Made by a program: the position numbers and the translations under genes. From a virus, in the IMG/VR virus record IMGVR_UViG_3300019487_000026, positions 25,344 through 89,343 of that record: a DNA stretch of 64,000 bases. One strand, given 5' to 3'. This document shows positions 55,316 through 64,000 of the stretch, piece by piece. Position 1 is the stretch's first letter, and each line of letters opens with the position of its first letter. The notes under the pieces are model-generated. The model was given only the letters and a program-made list of their open reading frames with translations. It did not search any database and was not told the DNA's origin.

Positions 55316-56722
55316 ATGCGTAGTAATCTGATTTCTAACCTTATTCTCAACACCGACAGCTATAAAGCCTCACATTGGCTCCAGTACCCTCCTGGTACGC
55401 GCAATGTGTATTCGTACATTGAAAGCCGAGGCGGCAAATGGCCCAAGACCGTGTTCTTCGGTCTCCAGTATCTTCTGAAAGAGTACCTCACCAAGCCAAT
55501 CACACAAGAGGTGATTGACCAGGCTGAAAAGTTTTGGAAGGCTCATGGCGAGCCGTTCAATCGACCAGGTTGGGAGTACATTCTCAAAGAGCACAACGGC
55601 TACCTGCCTGTTCGTATTCGTGCTGTCCAAGAAGGGACGATCGTTCCTACTCACAATGTCCTCGCGACAGTTGAGGCAACTGACGAAAAGTGCTACTGGC
55701 TCGTTTCATACATTGAGACAATGCTGATCAGAGCTGTGTGGTATCCAACAACGGTCGCTACCAACAGCTATCACGTCAAAGAAACTATCAAGAGGTATCT
55801 CGAAGAAACGGGGACGCCTGAACTGATCAATTTCAAATTCCACGACTTTGGTGCACGCGGCGCAACTGTTTTCGAACAAGCCGGAATCGGTGGTGCTGCT
55901 CACCTTGTCAACTTCATGGGAACAGACACTGTCGCAGGTGCTCTGTTTGCGATGGAGTATTACAACGCTGATGAGCCTGTTGGCTACAGTATTCCTGCCG
56001 CTGAACATTCAACAATGACGTCGTGGGGCGGTCGAGACGGTGAATGGAAAGCTATGGAAAACATGGTTGACCAATATGGTGGCGATGGCAACCTGTATGC
56101 GTGCGTTAGCGACAGCTACGATATCTATCATGCAATCACTGAAATCTGGGGCCGGAAACTGAAAGACAAAGTCCTCAAGAAGGGCGGAACGTTGGTTGTT
56201 CGTCCTGACAGTGGAGATCCAGTCGAAGTGACTCTCAAGTGCGTCGAGCTTCTCGGTGATGCATTCGGCTACACCGTCAACAGCAAAGGTTACAAGGTCC
56301 TGCATCCGTCAGTACGCCTGATCCAAGGCGATGGCATTACTGGAGAAGAAGTTGAGAAGATCCTTGAGAGCTACAAACGTCATGGCTGGTCTGCTGACAA
56401 CATTGCATTCGGTTGCGGTGCGGGTCTCCTGCAAAAAGTTGATCGCGACACGCTGAAGTTTGCAATGAAAGCCAGCTCAATCAACATCGACGGTGTGTGG
56501 CACGATGTATACAAAGATCCGGCTACAGACAAGGGGAAGAAATCGAAGCGAGGTCGTATTACGCTGTACAAAGACCCTGCGGAAGGTTTCCACTATAGTA
56601 GTCTGCTAGTTGAAGGACCATCCACACATGGGGTGAAGGATGAGTTGATTACCGTGTTCGAAAATGGGAAAATTTTGAAGGAATGGAACTTCGCCGAAGT
56701 GCGTGCGAAGGCCAATGAGTAA
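55316..56722 (+). CDS. nadV: Nicotinamide phosphoribosyltransferase
   Basis: TDSYK.SH, HDFG.RG, PAAEHS, VRPDSGDP, IQGDG. Confidence 0.96.
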   Translation: MRSNLISNLILNTDSYKASHWLQYPPGTRNVYSYIESRGGKWPKTVFFGLQYLLKEYLTKPITQEVIDQAEKFWKAHGEPFNRPGWEYILKEHNGYLPVRIRAVQEGTIVPTHNVLATVEATDEKCYWLVSYIETMLIRAVWYPTTVATNSYHVKETIKRYLEETGTPELINFKFHDFGARGATVFEQAGIGGAAHLVNFMGTDTVAGALFAMEYYNADEPVGYSIPAAEHSTMTSWGGRDGEWKAMENMVDQYGGDGNLYACVSDSYDIYHAITEIWGRKLKDKVLKKGGTLVVRPDSGDPVEVTLKCVELLGDAFGYTVNSKGYKVLHPSVRLIQGDGITGEEVEKILESYKRHGWSADNIAFGCGAGLLQKVDRDTLKFAMKASSINIDGVWHDVYKDPATDKGKKSKRGRITLYKDPAEGFHYSSLLVEGPSTHGVKDELITVFENGKILKEWNFAEVRAKANE

Positions 56723-56733
56723 AGGAGAAAGTT

Positions 56734-57390
56734 ATGAACAACCTTCTAGGTAGTGACAAACTGATGAATCGCTTCTTCCGTCGTGTTGACGGGGTTGTGT
56801 GGGATTTGATGAGTGGTCGTGTTGGGGTTCGAAGCAAGGATGGCATTGCCACCCTTGATCTTTCGGGTGACGCCCCTCAAGTCGTCATCAACTTGTTTGA
56901 CCAGTTCGGTATGGAGATGCCTGCTTTTGCACAAAGCACTCCAGTTGACAGTGTCAATGTTGGCGATCTGATTTATGGTGCAAGTGGTATTCTTGGTTGG
57001 GTTATCGAGAAGAAAGAGAAGTCGTTCCGACTTCTGAAACTCGATGGCACGCATTCGTCGTGGTCTCCGCCGAAAGTTCAAATGCTTGGACTTGACAGTG
57101 GTGTCATGGTTCTGCGCAGTCTTGTCAACATGCTTCCGGGTGGATCTGCTGGTCTTGGCAATATGCAGAATGCTCTTCTGCCGCTGATGATGATGGATGG
57201 TGGTGGCAGTGGACTGAATCTGGAAAAGATGTTGCCGATGTTGCTGATGTCGCAAATCAATCCAACGGGCGGTGATGCGTCTGGAAACAACATGAATCAA
57301 ATGTTGCAAACAATGTTGATGATGCAACTGCTCGGCAAGGGGTCGGGCACAGATTCACGATTCAACAAGAATCATTTTGACCGAGATTAA
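56734..57390 (+). CDS. Hypothetical protein with a Met-rich C-terminus
   Basis: AAGGAG RBS. Confidence 0.75.
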   Translation: MNNLLGSDKLMNRFFRRVDGVVWDLMSGRVGVRSKDGIATLDLSGDAPQVVINLFDQFGMEMPAFAQSTPVDSVNVGDLIYGASGILGWVIEKKEKSFRLLKLDGTHSSWSPPKVQMLGLDSGVMVLRSLVNMLPGGSAGLGNMQNALLPLMMMDGGGSGLNLEKMLPMLLMSQINPTGGDASGNNMNQMLQTMLMMQLLGKGSGTDSRFNKNHFDRD

Positions 57391-57401
57391 GGAGAAAGAT
57401 C

Positions 57402-57581
57402 ATGGGAGCCCCAGCAAGCGATTACACAGCAAAAGTAGATATCAATAATCTCGCGCAACGATTTGCAGTGGGCACTCTGACACGGGACACTATTGTCGCA
57501 CTGTATAGTGAAGACGTTGCTGTCCAAGTTGAAGAGGCCTCGAAGGCTTATATTGTCGCGGAGGACACGAAAGGAGAATAA
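57402..57581 (+). CDS. Small hypothetical protein
   Basis: AAGGAG RBS. Confidence 0.5.
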   Translation: MGAPASDYTAKVDINNLAQRFAVGTLTRDTIVALYSEDVAVQVEEASKAYIVAEDTKGE

Positions 57582-57583
57582 TC

Positions 57584-58471
57584 ATGGGACACGCAGTATG
57601 GGATGGAGATAGCCGAGAAACTTATCGTGCTTTCAGCGATACGGCAAAGAGTGCAACACACGTTCGGGAAGTCTTCAAGAGCACACAAATCAACGAAGCT
57701 CTGAATCCAAAAGGGATTCTTCTTCGCGAAAGTTGTGACAGCAAACACAATCCGGAATCGAATGCAATCATTGTAGGTTTAGATGTCACGGGTTCGATGG
57801 GCATCATTGCTCACACAATGGCGAAGGAAGGCCTTGGGACACTGGTTGAGGGAATTCTTGATCGTAAGCCTGTTGTTGATCCACACATTATGTTTATGGC
57901 GATTGGTGATGCTCGTGGTGATGATGCACCTCTGCAAGTATCACAGTTTGAAGCTGATATCCGCATCGCTCAACAACTTCAAGACATTTATGTTGAGGGC
58001 CACGGTGGGGGCAACAACACAGAGAGCTACGACTTGCCATGGTATTTTGCGGCGAACAAAACGAAAATTGACTGCTTCGAAAAGCGTGGCAAGAAAGGCT
58101 ACCTATTCACAATCGGTGATGAAATGCCGCCTGTTGGTCTCACAAAGACACACATTAAGTCGATTTTTGGATCGGACGACCAGCGTGGCTATAATGCGAG
58201 TGAGCTTCTTGCAATGGCGGAAGAGAAGTACAATGTCTTTCACGTAATTGTCGAGCAGGGCAACTTTGCGCGGCGTGATCCAGTTGGCGTTGTCGGTGAA
58301 TGGCGACAGCTGCTTGGTAAGCGTGCAATTCCGCTATCGAACTATGAACATATTTCACAGGTGATTCTCTCTGCAATTGAAGTACAAGAGGGAGCTGATC
58401 CAGAAGATGTGTTGGCTTCGTGGCAAGATGCAGCAGTGCGCAAAACTGTGAAACACGCGTTGTTTGATTAG
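57584..58471 (+). CDS. vWA-domain protein
   Basis: LDVTGSMG MIDAS; GGGNNTESY; TIGDE. Confidence 0.85.
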   Translation: MGHAVWDGDSRETYRAFSDTAKSATHVREVFKSTQINEALNPKGILLRESCDSKHNPESNAIIVGLDVTGSMGIIAHTMAKEGLGTLVEGILDRKPVVDPHIMFMAIGDARGDDAPLQVSQFEADIRIAQQLQDIYVEGHGGGNNTESYDLPWYFAANKTKIDCFEKRGKKGYLFTIGDEMPPVGLTKTHIKSIFGSDDQRGYNASELLAMAEEKYNVFHVIVEQGNFARRDPVGVVGEWRQLLGKRAIPLSNYEHISQVILSAIEVQEGADPEDVLASWQDAAVRKTVKHALFD

Positions 58472-58479
58472 GAGAGGAT

Positions 58480-58911
58480 ATGAAAGAACTACACGATAGT
58501 TTTATGGCCGATGCACCAAAGATCATTGTCACCGCGTACAAAAACAAAACACCGTTGCTGTACAAGGGCAAACCCGTAATCGTTAATGGACACGGATGGA
58601 AACTTGATCCGTATTACAAGGCAGTCGTCAGCATCCAAGATGGTGATGAAGTCGAATATGTTGCTAAGGATTGGAAAAAAGCGCCCAAAGGCACCAAGGT
58701 CAAGCGAAAGCTTCATCGCAGCTCAAATCGCAACGATCCGCGTTATCAGTGGGGGCTCTATGATAGTGGACCAAAAAAAGGCCATGTTGTTCCACCCATC
58801 GGCCCTTTTGAGGAAGGCGATACTTGGTCATATCTAGATCAGATTAGTGGCTGTTCGTGGTGCAACTTTAAGTACCACAACAAAAAGTGGGTTCACATCT
58901 CAACGGAGTAA
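58480..58911 (+). CDS. Hypothetical protein
   Basis: ORF track. Confidence 0.55.
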   Translation: MKELHDSFMADAPKIIVTAYKNKTPLLYKGKPVIVNGHGWKLDPYYKAVVSIQDGDEVEYVAKDWKKAPKGTKVKRKLHRSSNRNDPRYQWGLYDSGPKKGHVVPPIGPFEEGDTWSYLDQISGCSWCNFKYHNKKWVHISTE

Positions 58912-58914
58912 TCC

Positions 58915-60078
58915 GTGAAAGCACAAGCTGTCATTGGTAGTAATTTCGGTGATGAGGGCAAAGGTCTCATCACCGATTACCTTGTCTCTAAGGCCGAGAA
59001 GCCTGTCGTCATTCGTTTCAATGGCGGAGCACAGGCTGGACATACTGTCGTTCTGCCCGACCAGCGCCACGTCTTTCATCATTTTGGTTCGGGAACATTT
59101 GGTCAAGCACCAACATTCCTCAGTGAGTTTTTCGTAGTCAATCCTCTCCTGTATTTTCGTGAACTAGACCAGCTTCTTGCGAAGAATGTGCGACCCGTTG
59201 TTGTTTTAGATGTACGAGCCGCTCTTACCACACCGTTTGATATGATGATTAACCAAACGGTTGAAATGGCTCGCGGAACTGCTCGGCACGGAAGCTGTGG
59301 TGTCGGTATTAACGAAACAATTACACGAAATGAACGTCCCGAATATCGAACAATTGTTGCAGATCTCTTCGATCAAAATGCCCTTCGTCAAAAACTGATG
59401 CTGATTCGAGATGGCTATGTGAAAACCCGTATCCACCAATTGCTGGGTCGAGACGAGATTATTCCAGATCTTAAGCATGATGTATTGATCGACAACTTTC
59501 TTTTCTTCGGGAAAGAATTACTTAATGCAACATTTCCTGTTGACAATCTATCGTACATGAAGCGATTCAAGACGTTCGTGTTCGAAGGTGCACAAGGATT
59601 GCTACTTGATGAATTTCATTATTGGTTTCCTCACGTGACAAGATCACGCACGGGAATGGTCAATGTCAATAAGATTGCCCATGAGCTTGGTTTGCAAAAA
59701 GTCGATGCATATTTCGCAACGCGGTCCTATCTCACGCGGCACGGAGCAGGTCCATTACCGTTTGAAGCACCCGGCAAAATATATGACAAGATCGAAGATA
59801 CGACAAACATTACAAACGCATATCAAGGATCGCTGCGATTTGCACCACTGAATCTGGATCTACTCAAAGAGAGCATTGCCAGAGAACTTACGGGATCCCA
59901 CATCACACCACACCTTGTGATCACGTGCCTAGATCAGGTGTCTGGTACTCCACAGTATGTTTTGAATAATCAGCTAATCGTTAAAGACGACCTGACAATT
60001 CAGACGAGCAATCTTCTTCCGTTCAAATCCGTCCTTGGTTCATATGGACCAACAAGGAACGATATTAGAACACTTTGA
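58915..60078 (+). CDS. Adenylosuccinate synthetase-like protein
   Basis: FGDEGKG, GGAQAGHT, FEGAQG.LLD, TRHGAGP. Confidence 0.9.
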   Translation: MKAQAVIGSNFGDEGKGLITDYLVSKAEKPVVIRFNGGAQAGHTVVLPDQRHVFHHFGSGTFGQAPTFLSEFFVVNPLLYFRELDQLLAKNVRPVVVLDVRAALTTPFDMMINQTVEMARGTARHGSCGVGINETITRNERPEYRTIVADLFDQNALRQKLMLIRDGYVKTRIHQLLGRDEIIPDLKHDVLIDNFLFFGKELLNATFPVDNLSYMKRFKTFVFEGAQGLLLDEFHYWFPHVTRSRTGMVNVNKIAHELGLQKVDAYFATRSYLTRHGAGPLPFEAPGKIYDKIEDTTNITNAYQGSLRFAPLNLDLLKESIARELTGSHITPHLVITCLDQVSGTPQYVLNNQLIVKDDLTIQTSNLLPFKSVLGSYGPTRNDIRTL

Positions 60079-60550
60079 TTAGGAAGTACATAAGACTTGT
60101 TGATAGCAATGCACCACCAATGACATCACGCCACCAGTGTTTCTTTGCAACAACACGGCTTACACCCGTGAGCATCGCCAATCCATACATCAACGCCACA
60201 AGAATATCAAAACCAAACAAGAAATGAAGGTATGTTGGCCCGATAAACGCACCTGCTGTGTGCCCGCTAGGAAAGCTGTTTTTCCCACCGTTTGGTCGCA
60301 CACCAAATCGCGTAAAGTTTGATAGAGCTTTGACTACTGATGCGATACCGACAATTAGGAGGGAGGCACCAGCCCAGAAAGCCGCCGTGATCTGCAATAG
60401 GCCTGCTGGCACACTTGAGGGTGCATAGAAAATTGAAAGGAATAAAGCAAGCCAGGGCAAAACGTACTGAAGCACGTCTCCGAGTTTTTCAAGCTTACCA
60501 GCAGCGTCTGGCGCTTTAAGGTGGTCCCAAACATCGTTCAGGTTCAACAT
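60065..60550 (-). CDS. PAP2-family membrane phosphatase
   Basis: K...RP, SFPSGH, SRV...KHW..DV. Confidence 0.88.
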   Translation of the reverse strand: MLNLNDVWDHLKAPDAAGKLEKLGDVLQYVLPWLALFLSIFYAPSSVPAGLLQITAAFWAGASLLIVGIASVVKALSNFTRFGVRPNGGKNSFPSGHTAGAFIGPTYLHFLFGFDILVALMYGLAMLTGVSRVVAKKHWWRDVIGGALLSTSLMYFLIKVF

Positions 60551-60590
60551 AGTTGTTCTCCTTTGGAAAAGGGTGTAGAATGTTATATTT

Positions 60591-60965
60591 ATGCCGAACA
60601 AACTTCACGAAATTGTGTTTGAATTCAACGTTCATCGTCCCGGACGAGGTGGAACTTATACAATATTTCGGCGAACGTATGTGCTTACATACGAGAAAGA
60701 TACAACGCCTGGATCTCGGAGATTGCTTTATCGAGAACAGCATTGGTCAACGCTTCTAATGATAGCGGAGCGTGTTATTGATATAACACGGGGCGTCTGG
60801 CTCAAGGATCGAAAGGATGATTCTTGTCAGCAGAGGCATTTGTCGCGCCGAGAACTTGCTGTATGGAGAGATACGCCTTGGATGGATATCGAGGACATTT
60901 TTAAAGAACTGTTGGCAGATGGTACACTACGCCTTGTTGATTCTGGACTCTGTCCCTGGTGGTAG
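60591..60965 (+). CDS. Hypothetical protein
   Basis: ORF track. Confidence 0.5.
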   Translation: MPNKLHEIVFEFNVHRPGRGGTYTIFRRTYVLTYEKDTTPGSRRLLYREQHWSTLLMIAERVIDITRGVWLKDRKDDSCQQRHLSRRELAVWRDTPWMDIEDIFKELLADGTLRLVDSGLCPWW

Positions 60966-60978
60966 TCAGAGGAGCATT

Positions 60979-61416
60979 ATGAAAATTACAACGTTTTTTG
61001 GTGAGCATCGCTTCTTGTCGAATTTCTTCCGCGCGGAATTCGTGTGGGATGGGATTGTTTGGCCAACAAGCGAACATGCCTATCAAGCCGCTAAGACACT
61101 TGACGCAAAAGTTCGATTGGAAATCTCACGAACGCCAAAGCCAGGTGATGTCAAGCGGCTCGGCAAAAAAGTTATCTTGCGCACTGATTGGCCTACAGTC
61201 AAGGTTGATGTGATGCGTGAGATTATTCGAGCAAAATTCGAACAAAATCCTGAATTAAAGCAACGTTTGATTGATACCGGCGAAGCTATTCTCGAGGAAG
61301 GAAATACCTGGAACGATTGCTTCTGGGGCATTTCTCCACCCGGTAGCGGACAAGGACGCAATGAACTTGGCAAGATCCTAATGGAATTGCGCATAGAATT
61401 TGGAGGTGGCAAATGA
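60979..61416 (+). CDS. NADAR (YbiA-like) protein
   Basis: FLSNF, TSEHAYQAAK, KFEQNPELK, D.FWG, G.N.LGKILMELR. Confidence 0.92.
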   Translation: MKITTFFGEHRFLSNFFRAEFVWDGIVWPTSEHAYQAAKTLDAKVRLEISRTPKPGDVKRLGKKVILRTDWPTVKVDVMREIIRAKFEQNPELKQRLIDTGEAILEEGNTWNDCFWGISPPGSGQGRNELGKILMELRIEFGGGK

Positions 61417-61982
61417 AACTTTATTTCGCTGGAATTGGAAGCCGCGAGACTCCTGATCGTGTATTAATTCTCATGGAAGAGTTTGCCCAGGAGGCAGCTC
61501 GTCTTGATCTTATTTTGCGGTCTGGTGGTGCTCCGGGTGCTGATCAAGCGTTTGAACGCGGGTGCGATCGTCATCCAGGTGATAAAGAAATCTTTATCCC
61601 TTGGAAGGGGTTTGAGAATCGCACAGGACACCTTCCATTACCCGAAGCTGGAGATCTTGCCGCTAGGGTTCATCCCTACTATCGTAATATGAAACGACCA
61701 AGTAAACTCTTGGTGTCTCGCAACATGCATCAAATTCAAGGAATTGATTTGCTAACTCCGTGTGATTTTGTCTTGTGTTGGACAAAAGACGGATGCACAA
61801 GCCATCTAACCTACAGTCCTACAAGCACTGGTGGGACTGGTTCTGCAATCGCACTTGCCTCACTCAATAATATTCCCGTCTATAATCTTTATGAACCCCA
61901 AGCATTGTGGAATGCTTATGCTTTCATGACCCAAACCATTCGAATTAGACAGCGGGAAGTTGTTGATAAAAACGATTTGTAG
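61413..61982 (+). CDS. SLOG/DprA-like nucleotide-binding protein
   Basis: AGIGSRETP, LRSGGA.GAD.AFE, GGTG.AI.LA. Confidence 0.85.
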   Translation: MKLYFAGIGSRETPDRVLILMEEFAQEAARLDLILRSGGAPGADQAFERGCDRHPGDKEIFIPWKGFENRTGHLPLPEAGDLAARVHPYYRNMKRPSKLLVSRNMHQIQGIDLLTPCDFVLCWTKDGCTSHLTYSPTSTGGTGSAIALASLNNIPVYNLYEPQALWNAYAFMTQTIRIRQREVVDKNDL

Positions 61983-62014
61983 TACACTTCTCCCATAAGG
62001 AGAACCGTTGTTAA

Positions 62015-62836
62015 ATGATAGAACATCCTCTTTTCCCCCGTGGAAACATTTACCTTTCTGGTGGTATGCAGTATGCAAAAGATCTAGGAGCAGCTTGGCG
62101 AGACGATTGCTCCCGGCGACTCCAGGAAATGGAATACTACCCTCTTGACATTACGGTACTCGACAAAGCATATTCTGCAGCTTTCGGACATCCGTATATG
62201 TTCTTGGAGACGACTGATCTCCTGCAATACAAATCCAACATTCGTCGTCAAATTGTTCGAGCGGACATTGAGTTGGTTCGACATCACAGTCATGCGTTGG
62301 TTGTGTATTTTGACGAAGCGGCTCGACGGGGGGCTGGAACTCAAAGTGAGTGTCAGGAAGCATATGACTATGATGTCCCGTATTTCATTGTGAACGGATA
62401 CGATAGTTGGAAAGAGGTTCCAGGTTGGATTCGAGCGAATTCAACAAAAATGTTTACTTCTTTCGATGAATTATACGCATATCTGGAACGATTGCCTGCT
62501 GGTATTTTGAGACGTGATGTCTACGGGAATCGACACGTTGACCACTTCTACCTCTGTTCGCTGTGCGGTGAACCTTTTGAAAAGAGTGGTCTACAGTTTG
62601 TCTCAAAGCTGACACCCATGTATTGTAAAGGATGTGTTGATGTCGTCAAGACAACACACGAGAAGCACGCTGATCGATACGAATTTTTCTTATCGCACAT
62701 TCAGCAAGAAATTCAAGCCGATTTAATGCGTCTCAGGTTGGCCGTGCAGTGGGACCATGAGTCCCGTCAGTTAATGAGCGAAATTATTGCTGACGCGGAT
62801 ACCGTTGAAAAAGATTTTATGAAAGGAGATGCCTGA
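62015..62836 (+). CDS. Nucleoside 2-deoxyribosyltransferase-like protein with a zinc finger
   Basis: IYLSGGM...WR...D...GT.SE; CSLC/CKGC. Confidence 0.65.
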   Translation: MIEHPLFPRGNIYLSGGMQYAKDLGAAWRDDCSRRLQEMEYYPLDITVLDKAYSAAFGHPYMFLETTDLLQYKSNIRRQIVRADIELVRHHSHALVVYFDEAARRGAGTQSECQEAYDYDVPYFIVNGYDSWKEVPGWIRANSTKMFTSFDELYAYLERLPAGILRRDVYGNRHVDHFYLCSLCGEPFEKSGLQFVSKLTPMYCKGCVDVVKTTHEKHADRYEFFLSHIQQEIQADLMRLRLAVQWDHESRQLMSEIIADADTVEKDFMKGDA

Positions 62837-63117
62837 TGCCTTATATCATTCAGGAAAAACGAGATGTACTCGATCCATATCTTGAAGGACTTCTAAACGC
62901 ACTTCGAGAACTCGAAAGTGATGATCCAAACAATAATATGGAAGGCAACATTAATTACATTGTTTCACGAATCCTACACCACGTCTATAAAGGTGGTGGC
63001 TATCGTGGTGTAAATGATGGTGTGGGTGCAACAGTTTGTGCTGTGCTTGAGTTTTATCGAAAGGTTGCGGCTCCATATGAGGACCAAAAAGAGTTCGACA
63101 ACGGGCCGGTCTCTTAA
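62836..63117 (+). CDS. Small phage protein (MPYI...EFYR.VAAPYED.K...NG)
   Basis: ORF coupled to the upstream gene. Confidence 0.7.
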   Translation: MPYIIQEKRDVLDPYLEGLLNALRELESDDPNNNMEGNINYIVSRILHHVYKGGGYRGVNDGVGATVCAVLEFYRKVAAPYEDQKEFDNGPVS

Positions 63118-63119
63118 TA

Positions 63120-63287
63120 AAAGAGGCGTAAATCCCGACCTTTGCTATACACTGGACGAATACTTTAGTTTGTTGAATCAGTGGGGCGACTCTTACCAAC
63201 AACAAAGAGGCGTAAATCCCGACCTTTGCTATACACTGGACGAATACTTTAGTTTGTTGAATCAGTGGGGCGACTCTTACCAACAAC
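63120..63287 (+). repeat. Perfect 84-bp tandem duplication
   Basis: 63120-63203 equals 63204-63287; in frame (28 aa). Confidence 0.92.
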
Positions 63288-63541
63288 CGAAGAAACGGAG
63301 ATCAACGGAACATAAAGCTTTCGACGCGAAGCGACAACGACGGATAGAACAACTCGTGCGAGCACACATTTCTGTCTCGGCAGAGCACTATGAGTTGTTT
63401 AAAGCCTGGCGCCATTACGTCGAATATGCTGGTGTGTTTCCTGATGGAAGATCGATACCAAAGCCTCGAAAGAGTGAGTTTTCGTTTCTAAGTGGCACCC
63501 CACCAAAAACACCGTCTAAATAATCAAAAAGGAGTATTGAC

Positions 63542-63721
63542 ATGCTTACAGAAATCTCGCTAACGCGTTTTGTTGTTAAGGTCAACGGTATCACGGTTTG
63601 CGCCCCACAACTCTCCCGCCAGCTTGCAGAAGCTGCTGTTCTAACACTCACACCAGAACAGCAAGCTTTGGCCGTAATCGTACCAATCACAGACGGCAAT
63701 CAAGAACTACTTCTTGGGTAA
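63542..63721 (+). CDS. Small protein ending GNQELLLG
   Basis: AAGGAG RBS. Confidence 0.6.
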   Translation: MLTEISLTRFVVKVNGITVCAPQLSRQLAEAAVLTLTPEQQALAVIVPITDGNQELLLG

Positions 63722-63948
63722 ATTTTGTCGTGAGTGTAAATAGCCTCGGTTATGGTGGAGGCTATGGACGTTTCAACGATTGAAGAACTAATTGAACAAA
63801 TTGACGATGTCATCGCTGTTTTGCTGGAGAACGAAGAGGAGTGTTTCGCTCCGTTATCGTCCGCCCAACAGCTTCGAGATGACCTTGTTGATCTGATCCC
63901 TGAAGAAAACGAAGACGAATAAATATCTCCTTGAAGAAGGGAGAAATT

Positions 63949-64000
63949 ATGCGTTTGGGCGATCTTGTGGAGATGTCGCAGGTTGAGCAAGGAACCACTG
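63949..64000 (+). CDS. Late gene start (MRLGDLVEM...), partial
   Basis: TAAATA and GGAG upstream. Confidence 0.5.
   Translation, partial: MRLGDLVEMSQVEQGTT

Noticed and set aside
58915-60078. PurZ / Z-genome pathway
   Set aside because: The motif is GDEGKG with Asp as in PurA, not the Ser-containing PurZ motif; no DatZ-like gene seen.
63120-63287. CRISPR array
   Set aside because: Only two adjacent 84-bp copies with no spacer and no cas genes.
1-64000. Genome-wide TAG recoding (genetic code 15)
   Set aside because: Long conserved genes are intact under code 11, and many end at TAG directly before the next RBS.

Overview
A 64-kb segment of a large (jumbo, T4-like) bacteriophage genome, probably with a proteobacterial host. 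It has dense short ORFs, many TAAATA late-type promoters and near-consensus sigma70 promoters. Translation and RNA genes: about 30 tRNA genes including an amber (CTA) suppressor and two tRNAs with short hairpin inserts, an RNase P RNA, three related Y-RNA-like/permuted-tRNA ncRNAs, Thg1-like, peptide deformylase, Pth2-like, bS21, ClpS and Hsp20. Auxiliary metabolism: PhoH, a PlcP/Agt-like pair, NadM, NadV, AceA and a PurA-like protein. Also lysins, homing endonucleases, a tail-fibre adhesin and a MoxR AAA+/vWA pair with a class 3 intein. The most striking unannotated signals are translation-sensing switches read directly from the DNA: (1) an amber-gated operon at 5680-6595, with a leader carrying two in-frame TAGs and ending R-I-P-P-stop, an SD-sequestering helix, and a Pth2-like gene with TAG at codon 3, in a genome that encodes a CTA tRNA but otherwise uses TAG as stop; (2) a leader-peptide attenuator in front of the tRNA array; (3) 27-28 nt hairpin inserts at position 36/37 of two tRNAs; (4) a three-member ncRNA family that each directly follows a tRNA. 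Several apparent frameshifts or premature stops suggest some sequencing or assembly noise. All calls were made by eye; no database search or folding program was run.
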